Assembly: GCA_004297625.1 (NCBI GenBank)
Contig: SCTY01000010.1
Span: forward strand, 74,324-138,323
Length of the DNA: 64,000 bases
Reading direction: 5' to 3'
Source of the DNA: Betaproteobacteria bacterium
GTDB lineage: Bacteria > Pseudomonadota > Gammaproteobacteria > Burkholderiales > SG8-39
Shown: in pieces, positions 19,172 through 28,417 of the stretch
Layout: each line of letters opens with the position of its first letter
Position numbering within the stretch: the first letter of the stretch is position 1
Notes under the pieces: model-generated
The model's database searches: none
Told to the model about the DNA's origin: nothing
The model's input: the letters and a program-made list of their open reading frames with translations, nothing else
Translations under genes and position numbers: made by a program

Positions 19172-20122
19172 TCATGAGACGATCATACTGGCCTCTTCCA
19201 CGGCGGCAAGCGCCTCGAGGAGGAGCTCCGGGCGGTTTTGCCTGAGAAGCTCCGAGTCCGAAAGCATGCGTCGCCACAGCCGCGCCTTGCGATGGCCGTG
19301 GTACAGGCCGAGCATGTGGCGGGTGACGTGGCGCAGGGATGGCACCCCTTTTGCGTACTCGTACATCGCTTGCACGACCTGGGCGCGTGTCGTCTCCGCG
19401 TCGGCGAGCATCCAGGGATTGTGATACGCAGCGCGGCCGAGCATCACGCCGTCCACGTAAGCGAGATGGTTCGTGATCTCCGCCCAGCTTGCGATTCCTC
19501 CGTTGAGGACGATCTCGATCTGCGGAAAGTCCTGCTTCAGGCGGTACACGTAGTCGTACTTGAGCGGAGGAACCTCGCGATTTTCCTTGGGGGAGAGACC
19601 CTTGAGGATCGCGTTGCGGGCATGCACGATGAACGTGCGGCAGCCTGCGCGCGAGACAACGGCGACGAAGTCGCGCACGAAATCGTAGGCCTCGATGCTG
19701 TCGATGCCGATGCGGTGCTTGACCGTGACTTCCAGGCCGCTCGCCTCGCGCATTGCCCGCACGCATTCGGCGACGAGCGACGGCTCGGCCATGAGGCAGG
19801 CGCCGAAGGCGCCTTTCTGCACCCGCTCGCTCGGGCAGCCCACATTGAGGTTGATCTCGTCGTAGCCGTAGCTCTCGACGAGGCGCGCGCACATCGCGAG
19901 CTCCTGCGGATCGCTGCCGCCGAGCTGAGCGGCGAGCGGATGCTCTTCCTGGCTGAAGGCGAGGTGATGGTCCACGTCGCCGTGGACCAGCGCCGCCGTG
20001 GTGATCATCTCGGTATAGAGGCGCACGCGCGAGGACACCTGGCGCAGGAAGTACCGGCAATGCCGGTCGGTCCAGTCCATCATGGGGGCAACGCAGAGCC
20101 GCCAATTTGCGGGCTTTTCCAC
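19172..20122 (-). CDS. dusA: tRNA-dihydrouridine(20/20a) synthase DusA
   Basis: VAPMMDWTDRHCRYF, INLNVGCPSERVQ, VHARNAILKGLSPKENR and GVMLGRAAY. Confidence 0.95.
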   Translation of the reverse strand: MEKPANWRLCVAPMMDWTDRHCRYFLRQVSSRVRLYTEMITTAALVHGDVDHHLAFSQEEHPLAAQLGGSDPQELAMCARLVESYGYDEINLNVGCPSERVQKGAFGACLMAEPSLVAECVRAMREASGLEVTVKHRIGIDSIEAYDFVRDFVAVVSRAGCRTFIVHARNAILKGLSPKENREVPPLKYDYVYRLKQDFPQIEIVLNGGIASWAEITNHLAYVDGVMLGRAAYHNPWMLADAETTRAQVVQAMYEYAKGVPSLRHVTRHMLGLYHGHRKARLWRRMLSDSELLRQNRPELLLEALAAVEEASMIVS

Positions 20123-20188
20123 GGTCCTCTCTATTACAGCCCGGCGGAGAAAGCGGCAAGCGTGCCGCGCGCCGCGGTCGAGAAATGG

Positions 20189-21577
20189 CTACAAAAGGCG
20201 CACGCGGGGTACGGGAAAGGCATCGACCAGCGCGCGCGCTGCATCAGGGACCGCGTCGAGGCCGCGAACTGCCGCGATAAGGCGATCGGCCTGATCGCTC
20301 GAGCTGCCGAGCCCGAAGGCGAGGCAACCTCGAAGCTTTTCGTCGAGCTCGGCATCGCCCATTGGATCTGCGGGGCTGCCCTTCATGGTGAAGCTTGATA
20401 GGTTGAGCGTTTTCCCATTGCGCAGCGTTACCGTCGCGCGGGCCGGTTCTATTGCGCGCGCCTCGATCGACGGATCGTCCACCACGCGAATGATTGTTGT
20501 CAGCGCCACAACTGCCTCGTCGGCGATGGCGTCCTGTTGGAAGGCAGAGAGGCCCACTTTACCGTCGATCAGCGCGCGCGCGAAGCTGTAGGCTGCGTTG
20601 AACTGCGCGTGTACGACCGATTTCTCGGCCGGGTCGTAGGTTTGCCCGACTGTGCGCCAATTTAGGTTTCCAAGGCCGATCTCGATGCTCGCGACGTCCT
20701 TCGCCCGCACGCCATCCCGATGCAAGCGCAAACCAAGGCCGATAACGGTATGGTTGCAACGGCAGCCCGGGTAGGGCTTGAAGCTGTATTCCGGAACCCG
20801 CCAGCTTTCGCCCCAGCCGGCCATGAGCGCCTCGGGTTTCACCTCGCCGCGCTCATAGAGCGCGAACAGTCCGGCCTCGCCTTCGAGCGTCCGGCGTGGT
20901 CCCGTGACGCCGTCCTTTGCCAGAAAAGCGGCGAGCACGGCCGCCCGAGCCGCGAAGCCGGCCCCTAGGCGCTTGGAAAGCGCGCCGTCGTGCATGCTTT
21001 GCGCGGAGCCGCTCGCCTGGTGGAAGGCGAGACCAAGCGCGTCGCCCAGCGCTTTCGAGCTCAATCCGAGCAGCTTGCCCACCGCGAGGCCGCTGGCGAG
21101 CGCGCCGAACACCGTGGTTGGATGCCAGCCATGACCGAGGCTGCCGTAGCAGGCGAGACCAAGGCGGGCATGCACTTCGGCCCCGACCGCCATGGCCAGG
21201 ATGAAGCGCTTGCCCTCGACGCGGCCTACATCTTCCGCGGCCGCGAGTACCGAAGGAAGCACGATGCAGCCCGTGTGGACGCGAGCGGCGTCGTGCAGGT
21301 CGTCGAAATCGAGCGCATGTGCCGCCGCACCGTTGGCGAGTGCCGCGGTGGGCGGCGAATGGCGCCGTTTGCCAAGGAGGCCTGTGGACGAGCCTTCTGA
21401 TTCCCAGCGCGAGAGGCGCGCGTTCAACTCAGGGATCCCTGGGGCGCCGGCCGCACCGGCGACCAGGCCGAGTGCGTCGAGGCTCAGGCGCCTGACCCCC
21501 GCCACGACGGCCGGCGGCAGGTCCTCGTAGCGAAGCGCGTGAACCGCTTCGCAGAGTTGCCGGCTAAGCCCTTCCAC
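20189..21577 (-). CDS. MmgE/PrpD family protein (not canonical PrpD)
   Basis: NGAAAHALDFDDLH, GWHPT, KPYPGCRCNH and KGSPADPM motifs. Confidence 0.9.
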   Translation of the reverse strand: MEGLSRQLCEAVHALRYEDLPPAVVAGVRRLSLDALGLVAGAAGAPGIPELNARLSRWESEGSSTGLLGKRRHSPPTAALANGAAAHALDFDDLHDAARVHTGCIVLPSVLAAAEDVGRVEGKRFILAMAVGAEVHARLGLACYGSLGHGWHPTTVFGALASGLAVGKLLGLSSKALGDALGLAFHQASGSAQSMHDGALSKRLGAGFAARAAVLAAFLAKDGVTGPRRTLEGEAGLFALYERGEVKPEALMAGWGESWRVPEYSFKPYPGCRCNHTVIGLGLRLHRDGVRAKDVASIEIGLGNLNWRTVGQTYDPAEKSVVHAQFNAAYSFARALIDGKVGLSAFQQDAIADEAVVALTTIIRVVDDPSIEARAIEPARATVTLRNGKTLNLSSFTMKGSPADPMGDAELDEKLRGCLAFGLGSSSDQADRLIAAVRGLDAVPDAARALVDAFPVPRVRLL

Positions 21578-22745
21578 GCGCGATGCCGAGCTCCGCGAGG
21601 ATTTCCTCGGTGTGCTGGCCGAGATCCGGCGTGTGGAGCGTCTGCTCCTTGCGGTCGGCGAAGCGCACGGGGTTCGATGGAATACGCGCGGCCTTGCCGT
21701 GGACGTCGACCTCGCGTAGCGCTCCGATGGCTCTTACCTGCTCGCTTTGCAGGGTCTCCTCGAGCGTGAGCACACAGGCGAACGGAATCTTCATGCGCAC
21801 GAATTCCTGCTCCCAGTAGGCGCGAGGCTGCTCGCGGATCTTCTTCGCGATCTCGGCTCGCTCCCACGGATAATCCATGCCGTGGTCCATCTCGCTGCGG
21901 CCCCATTTGCCGCATGACTTCCAATCCTCCGGCAGCCCGAGCAGCGCACAGAACGCTTCCCAGAACACTTTCTCGATCGGGCACACGAGGACGATTTTCC
22001 TGTCGCTCGTCTCGTACGTGGCGTAGCGGCCACCGAAGTCCGCGTAGCTGAACCAGCGTTCGCCGAGATTGGCGAACGTTCCGACGTGGCGCCAGTTCCA
22101 CCAGATCGCGGCGCCGAAAAGCGAGACGCTCAGCCGCTGCGGCTCCCCGGTGGCGTCGCGGCGGCGGAGCGCCGCCAGGATGCCGAGCGCGCCAAATATG
22201 CCGGCAAGCGGCGCGCCGGCGGATTGGTACATGGCTTGCGGGTAGGGAAGGCCGTCTCGCCACTCGATAGGCACGATTCCGGCGTACGCGTCCGGGTTGA
22301 GGCCGTGCGCGGGCAGCGCGCGCAGAGGCCCCTCTTCGCCGTAGCCGGTGACGTTGCACTGGACGATTCGCGGATTCGCCGCCGCGAGGCTGTCGAAATC
22401 GAGTCCCAGCTTCTTCAGCCCCTCCGGAAGCCCGCCGACAAGCATCACGTCCGCCCAGCGCGCGAGCGCCTTTATCACCTGCGGCCATTCGGGCGCGCGG
22501 CTGGACAGCGCGAGGCTGCGTATCCCCGCGTTCAGGCTGACATGGAAGAGACCTTCGCCGTGGATGTAGGGGGCGAAGCCGCGCGTCGCATCGCCGGTTT
22601 TCGGGTTCTCGACCTTGATGACCTCCGCGCCGAGGTCCCGCAACAAGCGCGCCGCCACCGGGCCAGGCATGTAACGGGTGAAATCGACGACCCGGAAACT
22701 CCCGGGCTCCCACAGTGGATATTCAGTATTCTGAATCGATGTCAT
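21564..22745 (-). CDS. CaiB/BaiF class III CoA-transferase family protein, catalytic Asp apparently absent
   Basis: RVVDFTRYMPGP...LGAEVIKVE, LAAANPRIV and TGYGEEGP. The catalytic segment reads AGAPLAGIFGALGILAAL. Confidence 0.85.
   Translation of the reverse strand: MTSIQNTEYPLWEPGSFRVVDFTRYMPGPVAARLLRDLGAEVIKVENPKTGDATRGFAPYIHGEGLFHVSLNAGIRSLALSSRAPEWPQVIKALARWADVMLVGGLPEGLKKLGLDFDSLAAANPRIVQCNVTGYGEEGPLRALPAHGLNPDAYAGIVPIEWRDGLPYPQAMYQSAGAPLAGIFGALGILAALRRRDATGEPQRLSVSLFGAAIWWNWRHVGTFANLGERWFSYADFGGRYATYETSDRKIVLVCPIEKVFWEAFCALLGLPEDWKSCGKWGRSEMDHGMDYPWERAEIAKKIREQPRAYWEQEFVRMKIPFACVLTLEETLQSEQVRAIGALREVDVHGKAARIPSNPVRFADRKEQTLHTPDLGQHTEEILAELGIARGRA
22719..22736. promoter_or_regulatory. 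Palindromic operator candidate ATATTCAGTATTCTGAAT (copy 1)
   Basis: ATTCAG-N4-CTGAAT inverted repeat, 16/17 identical to 28392-28408, at the divergent caiB/leuC-like junction. Confidence 0.7.
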
Positions 22746-22753
22746 AATGAGGA

Positions 22754-24151
22754 ATGTTAGCGCGCACTACGCTCTACGACAAGCTGTGGGAAGCGCATTG
22801 CGTCTCGCACAGGCCGGACCATCCGGCCGTCATGTACGTGGACCTTCACCTCGTACACGATGGGACTTACCGGCGCGCGTTCGAAATGCTCGAACAAGGC
22901 AAGCTCGCGGTGCGTCGCCCGGACCTTACCTTCGCAACCACGGATCACTGTCTGCCAATCTCCGATCCCTCGCGGCCGATGCCGCCGGTGGTCACCGGTC
23001 TTTCGGCCGCGTGCGCGCGCCACGGCATATCCATCTACGGGCCCGAGCACGAGCGCCAAGGCATCGTTCATGTCATCGGGCCTGAGCTTGGGCTAACCCA
23101 GCCCGGCAAGTCAGTTGCCTGCGCGGATAGCCATACCACGACGCACGGCGCCTTCGGCGCGCTCGCGTTTGTCATCGGTACCACGCAGGTGCTGCATGCA
23201 CTCGCCACACAGTGCATTCTCCAGCGCCGCGCGCGCACGATGAGCATCGTGATCGACGGTGCGCTTCAGCGCGGCGTCACGGCGAAGGACTTGATCCTCG
23301 CAATCATCACGCGCTACGGGATTGCAGCGGCGAGCGGTCACGCGGTCGAGTTCTCCGGCAGCGCGATACGCGCCATGGGAATGGAGGAGCGCATGACATT
23401 GTGCAACATGGCGGCGGAGCTCGGCGCTCGCACGGCCCTCATAGCGCCCGATGACAGGACCCTCGACTACCTGCACGGCCGCCCCTTCGCGCCGAAGGGT
23501 ACCGACTGGGAGCGCGCGCTCGCCCGCTGGCGCCTGCTCGTGTCCGGGGAAGATGGCCGTTTCGATTCCCGATTACGCTTTGACGCGTGTGAGGTGCACC
23601 CGATGGTGACGTGGGGGACCACGCCTGCCATGGGGATGGCCGTCAACGCCGCTATCCCAGCGCCGGAGAGCGTCGGCGCGCCGGAGGAGCGTGAAGCGGC
23701 GGAGCAAGCATTGCGCTATATGGGACTCGCGCCGGGAACCACTGCGCAGGAAATGCCGGTCGACGTGGTGTTCATCGGTTCGTGCACCAACTCCAGGATC
23801 GAAGACCTGCGGGCCGCGGCTGGAGTCCTGCGCGGCCGGAAGGTCGCGCCGGGCGTGCGGCTGCTCGTTGTGCCCGGTTCTCAGGCGGTGCGCCGGCAGG
23901 CTGAAGCCGAGGGGCTGCGTGAGGTGTTCACTGCGGCGGGGGGCGAATGGGGTCGGCCGGGCTGCAGTTTGTGTGTTGCCATGAACGGCGAGTTCGCCGG
24001 CGCGCGCAAATACGTTGCGAGCACCAGCAACCGTAATTTCCAGGACCGTCAAGGGCCGGGCGCGCGCACGCTGCTCGTAAGTCCGCTCACCGCCGCGGCG
24101 AGCGCAGTCGACGGCAGGATTGCCGACCCGCGCCGCTATCTCGCCGACTGA
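22754..24151 (+). CDS. 3-isopropylmalate dehydratase-like large subunit (LeuC/DmdA family, divergent)
   Basis: TLYDKLW, DSHTTTHGAFG, IGSCTNSRIEDLR, GCSLCVAMN and STSNRNF. Three Fe-S cysteines are present. Confidence 0.9.
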   Translation: MLARTTLYDKLWEAHCVSHRPDHPAVMYVDLHLVHDGTYRRAFEMLEQGKLAVRRPDLTFATTDHCLPISDPSRPMPPVVTGLSAACARHGISIYGPEHERQGIVHVIGPELGLTQPGKSVACADSHTTTHGAFGALAFVIGTTQVLHALATQCILQRRARTMSIVIDGALQRGVTAKDLILAIITRYGIAAASGHAVEFSGSAIRAMGMEERMTLCNMAAELGARTALIAPDDRTLDYLHGRPFAPKGTDWERALARWRLLVSGEDGRFDSRLRFDACEVHPMVTWGTTPAMGMAVNAAIPAPESVGAPEEREAAEQALRYMGLAPGTTAQEMPVDVVFIGSCTNSRIEDLRAAAGVLRGRKVAPGVRLLVVPGSQAVRRQAEAEGLREVFTAAGGEWGRPGCSLCVAMNGEFAGARKYVASTSNRNFQDRQGPGARTLLVSPLTAAASAVDGRIADPRRYLAD

Positions 24152-24156
24152 AGCCC

Positions 24157-24741
24157 ATGGCGTCCTTCCGTCATCTTCGCTCGCGCCTGGTGCCGCTGCT
24201 CGGACCCGACATCGATACCGACCAGATCATTCCAGCGCAGTACGTGAACGCCGCCGGAACCGAGGCACTCGCGCGCGCGCTCTTCCGGCGCCTGCGTGAC
24301 CAAAATGCCCGATTTGTGCTCGATCGTCCGGAAATGGCGGGCCGTACGGTGATGTTGGTGGGAAGCAATTTCGGTTGCGGCAGCTCGCGGGAAGCGGCTG
24401 CGTGGGCGCTGTCGGCCTGGGGCATCCGGGCGCTCATCGGACGTTCCTTCAATGCCACGTTCTCTGGCAATTGCCTGCAGAACGGCCTGCTGCCGATCGC
24501 CGCGCCGCTCGAAGCGCACGGCGCGCTTTGCGAAGCGATCGGCGCGGGTGCCGACCCGGAGATCGCAATTGATCTCGAGCGCGACCGAGTCGAGTTCACC
24601 GAGCTGGGGATCGCGTTTTCTGTCGGCCTCGAGCCATTCGCCCGCGAGCTGCTGTTACGCGGCATGGACGAGTTGCATTACCTGCTGGATCGCCGCGCGG
24701 AGATCGAGGCGTACGAAACACGTGGAGGACCTTTGCAATGA
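24157..24741 (+). CDS. 3-isopropylmalate dehydratase-like small subunit (LeuD/DmdB family, divergent)
   Basis: DIDTDQIIP, NFGCGSSREAA and NCLQNGLLP. Confidence 0.9.
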   Translation: MASFRHLRSRLVPLLGPDIDTDQIIPAQYVNAAGTEALARALFRRLRDQNARFVLDRPEMAGRTVMLVGSNFGCGSSREAAAWALSAWGIRALIGRSFNATFSGNCLQNGLLPIAAPLEAHGALCEAIGAGADPEIAIDLERDRVEFTELGIAFSVGLEPFARELLLRGMDELHYLLDRRAEIEAYETRGGPLQ

Positions 24742-25865
24742 ACCCGAAGGCCAAGATAACCCGAGTGGAGACGATCCCCGTCGCGGTACCGTTCCGCGTG
24801 CCGTTCAAGATTGCCAGCGGCGGCGCGCGGCCAGTCGGTGAAAACCTGTTGGTGCGGCTTCATACTGACCAGGGACTGGCCGGAATCGGAGAGACGCAAG
24901 CGTGGCGCCGGCAGGGGAGCACGGAGACATTCGCGAGCCTGAAATGCGCCATAGAAGAGCACCTCGCTCCGCGCCTCATAGGGCGCTCGCCTTTCGAGCT
25001 GCCGGCGCTCGTGCGGGCCATGGACGAGGCGCTTTATCCGGCGCTCTACGCCAAGGCCGGCATCATCGACGGCCTCTACGACCTTCAGGGCAAGCTCCTC
25101 GGCGTGCCCGTGTGGCAGCTCCTCGGCGGCAAATGCCGCGACGCGGTCGGAGCTTGCGCGGTCCTGCCTATCAAAGACTCGCTCGAAGAGACGCTCGCCG
25201 GCGCGGACGACTTCCACCGCCGCGGTTTTCGCAGCTTCACAGTCAAGGTGGGCGTGAACGCCGAGGCCGAGGTAAAGCTGGTCGCCGCGGTTCGAGAACG
25301 CTTTCCCTCGGCAATCATCCGCGTCGACGCAAATGCGAGCATGAGGTTCGACGCGGCCCTGGCATTGCTTGAGAAGCTCGCGCCTTACGGGCTGGATGCA
25401 GCGGAACAGATGGTGCCGATGTGGGACCTCGAGGGCATGGCGGAGCTCGCGCGCCGCGTTCCGGTTGCGATCATGGCGGATGAGTGCGTCGGCACCGTTC
25501 ATGACTTGCTCGAAGTGATCAAGCGCCGCGCTGCAACCGTCATGCAAACGAAAGTGGCGAAAAACGGCGGCATCTGGCACATGCGCATGCTGTGGACACT
25601 CGCGCATGCCGCGGATATGCGCATCTACCCGGGCAACCATCCGAGCACGAGCGTCGCGACGGCCGCCGTCGTACATCTGGCCGCCGCGTGGCCGGGTCCG
25701 TTGCTTGACGGACCGTTCGCGGTCGGTATCAGCGGTGCGTTCGCTCGCGACGTCGTGCTCGAGCCGCTGAGCGTAGAGAATGGAGCGGTCCGAGTGCCCG
25801 ATGGCCCGGGCCTCGGCGTGGCTCTCGATGAAAAGGCGATCGCCGCCATGCGGGTCGACAAATGA
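24738..25865 (+). CDS. Enolase superfamily, muconate cycloisomerase-like
   Basis: RVDANA, AEQ and MADE metal ligands; KVAKNGG; PDGPGLGV. The KxK motif appears as TVK. Confidence 0.88.
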   Translation: MNPKAKITRVETIPVAVPFRVPFKIASGGARPVGENLLVRLHTDQGLAGIGETQAWRRQGSTETFASLKCAIEEHLAPRLIGRSPFELPALVRAMDEALYPALYAKAGIIDGLYDLQGKLLGVPVWQLLGGKCRDAVGACAVLPIKDSLEETLAGADDFHRRGFRSFTVKVGVNAEAEVKLVAAVRERFPSAIIRVDANASMRFDAALALLEKLAPYGLDAAEQMVPMWDLEGMAELARRVPVAIMADECVGTVHDLLEVIKRRAATVMQTKVAKNGGIWHMRMLWTLAHAADMRIYPGNHPSTSVATAAVVHLAAAWPGPLLDGPFAVGISGAFARDVVLEPLSVENGAVRVPDGPGLGVALDEKAIAAMRVDK

Positions 25866-26719
25866 GGACAGGAAAGCGGCTGGCAGTCGCGCGAAAGGCG
25901 GCGAAGCCTGAGGGCGCGCGCACCGTCGGCCGCGTGCTGCGCGCTCTCGAGCTGCTGGCCGGACAGGGCGGCCCGCTGCGGCTCATGGAGATCGCGCGCG
26001 AGCTCGGCATCCCCACCAGCTCCGCGCATGCCCTCGTGCAGCAGCTCATCCGCTTCGACTACGTCAAGACCGTCGGCGAGGAACGGCGCTATGTCGCCGG
26101 GCCGGCGCTGGTGCTGCTCGGCACGCGGGTTCGGGCCGGTTTGCAGATCGTCAAGGTGGCGCGCTCGGTGCTCGAGGAACTCGCCGCGGCGACGGGGGAG
26201 AACGTTTACCTCGGCATCCGTCAGGCGCACGGCATCGTCTACGCCGACTCCATCGAAGCCGAGTCCGGGGTGATGGCACGCTTTCCGATCGGCTCCATGC
26301 GACCGCTGCACGCATCCAGCCCCGGCAAGGTCTTTCTCGCGTTCCAGGTACCCCCGGTTCAGCTCGATGCTTTCCTCGGCCCGGGTCCGCTGCAAGCGTT
26401 CACCCGGCACACGATCACCGACCGCGTCAGGCTACGGCAGCAGCTGGACCAGGTCCGTGCGCGAGGGTACGCGGTAAACGAACAGGAAGCGGTGGAGGGA
26501 GCGTTCGGCGTTTCGGCACCTATCTTCGGGGCCGACGGGGCGCTTGCCGGGTCGATCACTCTGGGGCTTCCGGTAGTGCGCTACAAGAGCGGGCGCGACA
26601 TGGCGATCCGGAAGGTCACTGCGGCCGCCACGGAAATCTCCCGCAGGCTCGGGGTCGAGAGCTGGAGCGAGACCCTCAGGTCGTTTTCGCGCCCTTTGGC
26701 CGCAGCTGATCTGCGCTGA
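25862..26719 (+). CDS. IclR family transcriptional regulator
   Basis: N-terminal HTH; TGENVYL, PLHASSPGKVFLA, TRHTITD and RGYAVNEQE. Confidence 0.93.
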   Translation: MRTGKRLAVARKAAKPEGARTVGRVLRALELLAGQGGPLRLMEIARELGIPTSSAHALVQQLIRFDYVKTVGEERRYVAGPALVLLGTRVRAGLQIVKVARSVLEELAAATGENVYLGIRQAHGIVYADSIEAESGVMARFPIGSMRPLHASSPGKVFLAFQVPPVQLDAFLGPGPLQAFTRHTITDRVRLRQQLDQVRARGYAVNEQEAVEGAFGVSAPIFGADGALAGSITLGLPVVRYKSGRDMAIRKVTAAATEISRRLGVESWSETLRSFSRPLAAADLR

Positions 26720-28313
26720 AACGGTTCACCTGAATGCCGCTCGCTTCGCGGTCCCACATCTCGCGATAGCCGGCCTTCGCGATCTCGCGCAGAGCCGGCT
26801 TGGAGATCTTCTGCGAGGGCGTCTTGGGCAACTCGTCGACGAAGCGGACATAGCGCGGCACCATGAAGTAAGCCATCTTGCGCACGGCATACTCGATCAC
26901 GGCGCGCTCGGTGAGCTCGGGCGTCGCCTTCACGATGAACACCGCGACTTCGTCCTCGCCGAGTTCGGACGGCACCGGCACCGCGGCCGCCTCCAGGATG
27001 GCCTCATGGCCCTTGAGGATGGTCTCGATCTCGAACGCTGAGATATTTTCGCCGCGGCGCCGAATCGCATCCTTCACCCGGTCGACGAAGAAGAGATAGC
27101 CGTCCGCGTCGAGGTAGGCACGGTCGCCGGTATGGAACCAGAGATTGCGGAAGGCCGCGAGCGTCGCCTCGGTCTTGCCGCAGTAGCCGGAAAACATCGT
27201 CCACGGCTGGCGCGTGCGGAGCACGATCTCGCCGGGTGTCCCGCGCGGCACCTCGACATCATTCTCGTCGACAATGCGCAGCTCCACGTTGTCGGACACG
27301 CGCCCGGAAGTGCGCGGCTTGTCGTAGGCCTCGCCGGCCGCCAGCACCGCGACCGGGCAGGCTTCGGAGAGGGCATACTGCGAGATGATCTGCAGACCCC
27401 AGCGCTCCTCGAGTTGCCGCCGGTTCGCCGGCGGCGGCACGAGCGCGGCGATACGCACTGGATTGTCCTGCTCCTCGGGCGTCACCGGCAGCTTCTCCAG
27501 GATCGACGCGACCACCATCATCGCGTTGAATTGCGTCGCCCGGTATCGATGAATGTCGGACCAGAAGCGGCGCGCGGAGAAGCGCGCCTCTAGCGCCACC
27601 GTCGCCCGAGCCCAAAGCGCCGTCAGCGTCGAGTAGTTAAGCGCATTGCCGTGGAACAGCGGCAAGCACGTGTAGAGCCGATCGGAACGCTCGAGCGCCA
27701 TGCGCATCGCCTGCGTGCGCCCGATGCTGAGCGAGTGCGCGTTCGGGCAGATGCTGCCTTTGGAGGGCCCGGTAGTCCCGGACGTATAGAGGATGAGCCA
27801 CGGATCCCAGGCGTTGAGGGCGACGTCGAGCGAACTTCCGCGCAGCGCCTCGCCGTCGGCGAGCACATCGTCCCACGTCGGAAGGTTGTGATCCGATGCC
27901 TGCTCCAGGGAAACAAGGACCATCGGGAGCGCAATGCCCGGCCATGCCTCGCGCAGCACCGGCAGGTAGCTGTCCTGGACGACGACATGCGTGCAGTCGG
28001 CGTCCTGCAGGTAGTAGCGCAGAAGCTCCGCGCGCGCGGCCGTGTTGATCGGCACGTTGAGGGCACCGAGCTTTGCCACCGCGAATAGCGTCAGGATGTA
28101 GCGCGGGCTGTTGTCGAGAATGGTCGCGACCCGGGCGCCCCTTGAAACTCCCCGCTTGCGCAAGCCGTGCGCAAGCTGCGTCGACAGCCGGTCTACGTCA
28201 GCGTAGGAGAACACCTCGTCGCCGTGCAGGATGAACGGCCAATCGGGCTGCGCTTCCGCGGCGCGCCGCAACACTGTCGGCAGCACTCGCTCTTGCAGAG
28301 GAAAGTCGATCAT
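26676..28313 (-). CDS. AMP-dependent acyl-CoA ligase (CaiC-like)
   Basis: YTSGTTGPSKG, LPLFHGNA, WFHTGD, DRVKDAIRRRGENIS and PKTPSQKI. Confidence 0.92.
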   Translation of the reverse strand: MIDFPLQERVLPTVLRRAAEAQPDWPFILHGDEVFSYADVDRLSTQLAHGLRKRGVSRGARVATILDNSPRYILTLFAVAKLGALNVPINTAARAELLRYYLQDADCTHVVVQDSYLPVLREAWPGIALPMVLVSLEQASDHNLPTWDDVLADGEALRGSSLDVALNAWDPWLILYTSGTTGPSKGSICPNAHSLSIGRTQAMRMALERSDRLYTCLPLFHGNALNYSTLTALWARATVALEARFSARRFWSDIHRYRATQFNAMMVVASILEKLPVTPEEQDNPVRIAALVPPPANRRQLEERWGLQIISQYALSEACPVAVLAAGEAYDKPRTSGRVSDNVELRIVDENDVEVPRGTPGEIVLRTRQPWTMFSGYCGKTEATLAAFRNLWFHTGDRAYLDADGYLFFVDRVKDAIRRRGENISAFEIETILKGHEAILEAAAVPVPSELGEDEVAVFIVKATPELTERAVIEYAVRKMAYFMVPRYVRFVDELPKTPSQKISKPALREIAKAGYREMWDREASGIQVNRFSADQLRPKGAKTT

Positions 28314-28353
28314 CGGCGGTTCGGTGTCGGCATTGAACGAGCGTGCGCGGCGC

Positions 28354-28383
28354 TTGACGCCCGGGCGGGTGGCGGATCAGAAT
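28354..28383 (+). promoter_or_regulatory. Putative sigma70 promoter for the tcuA-like operon
   Basis: TTGACG (28354-28359)-N18-CAGAAT (28378-28383), immediately followed by the palindromic box. Confidence 0.5.
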
Positions 28384-28391
28384 AATGTATC

Positions 28392-28408
28392 ATATTCAGC
28401 ATTCTGAA
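28392..28408. promoter_or_regulatory. Palindromic operator candidate ATATTCAGCATTCTGAA (copy 2)
   Basis: TTCAG-N4-CTGAA; 16/17 match to 22719-22735; at the divergent ligase/tcuA-like junction. Confidence 0.7.
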
Positions 28409-28417
28409 ATACCGGTG

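Noticed and set aside
22754-24741. Calling these genes leuC/leuD of leucine biosynthesis
   Set aside because: Diagnostic motifs are altered, there is no leuB, and the context is catabolic. Gene symbols were withheld.
26676-26719. Convergent 3' overlaps (also 16235-16281) as antisense regulation
   Set aside because: Short tail overlaps are common in compact GC-rich genomes, and nothing further supports a regulatory role.
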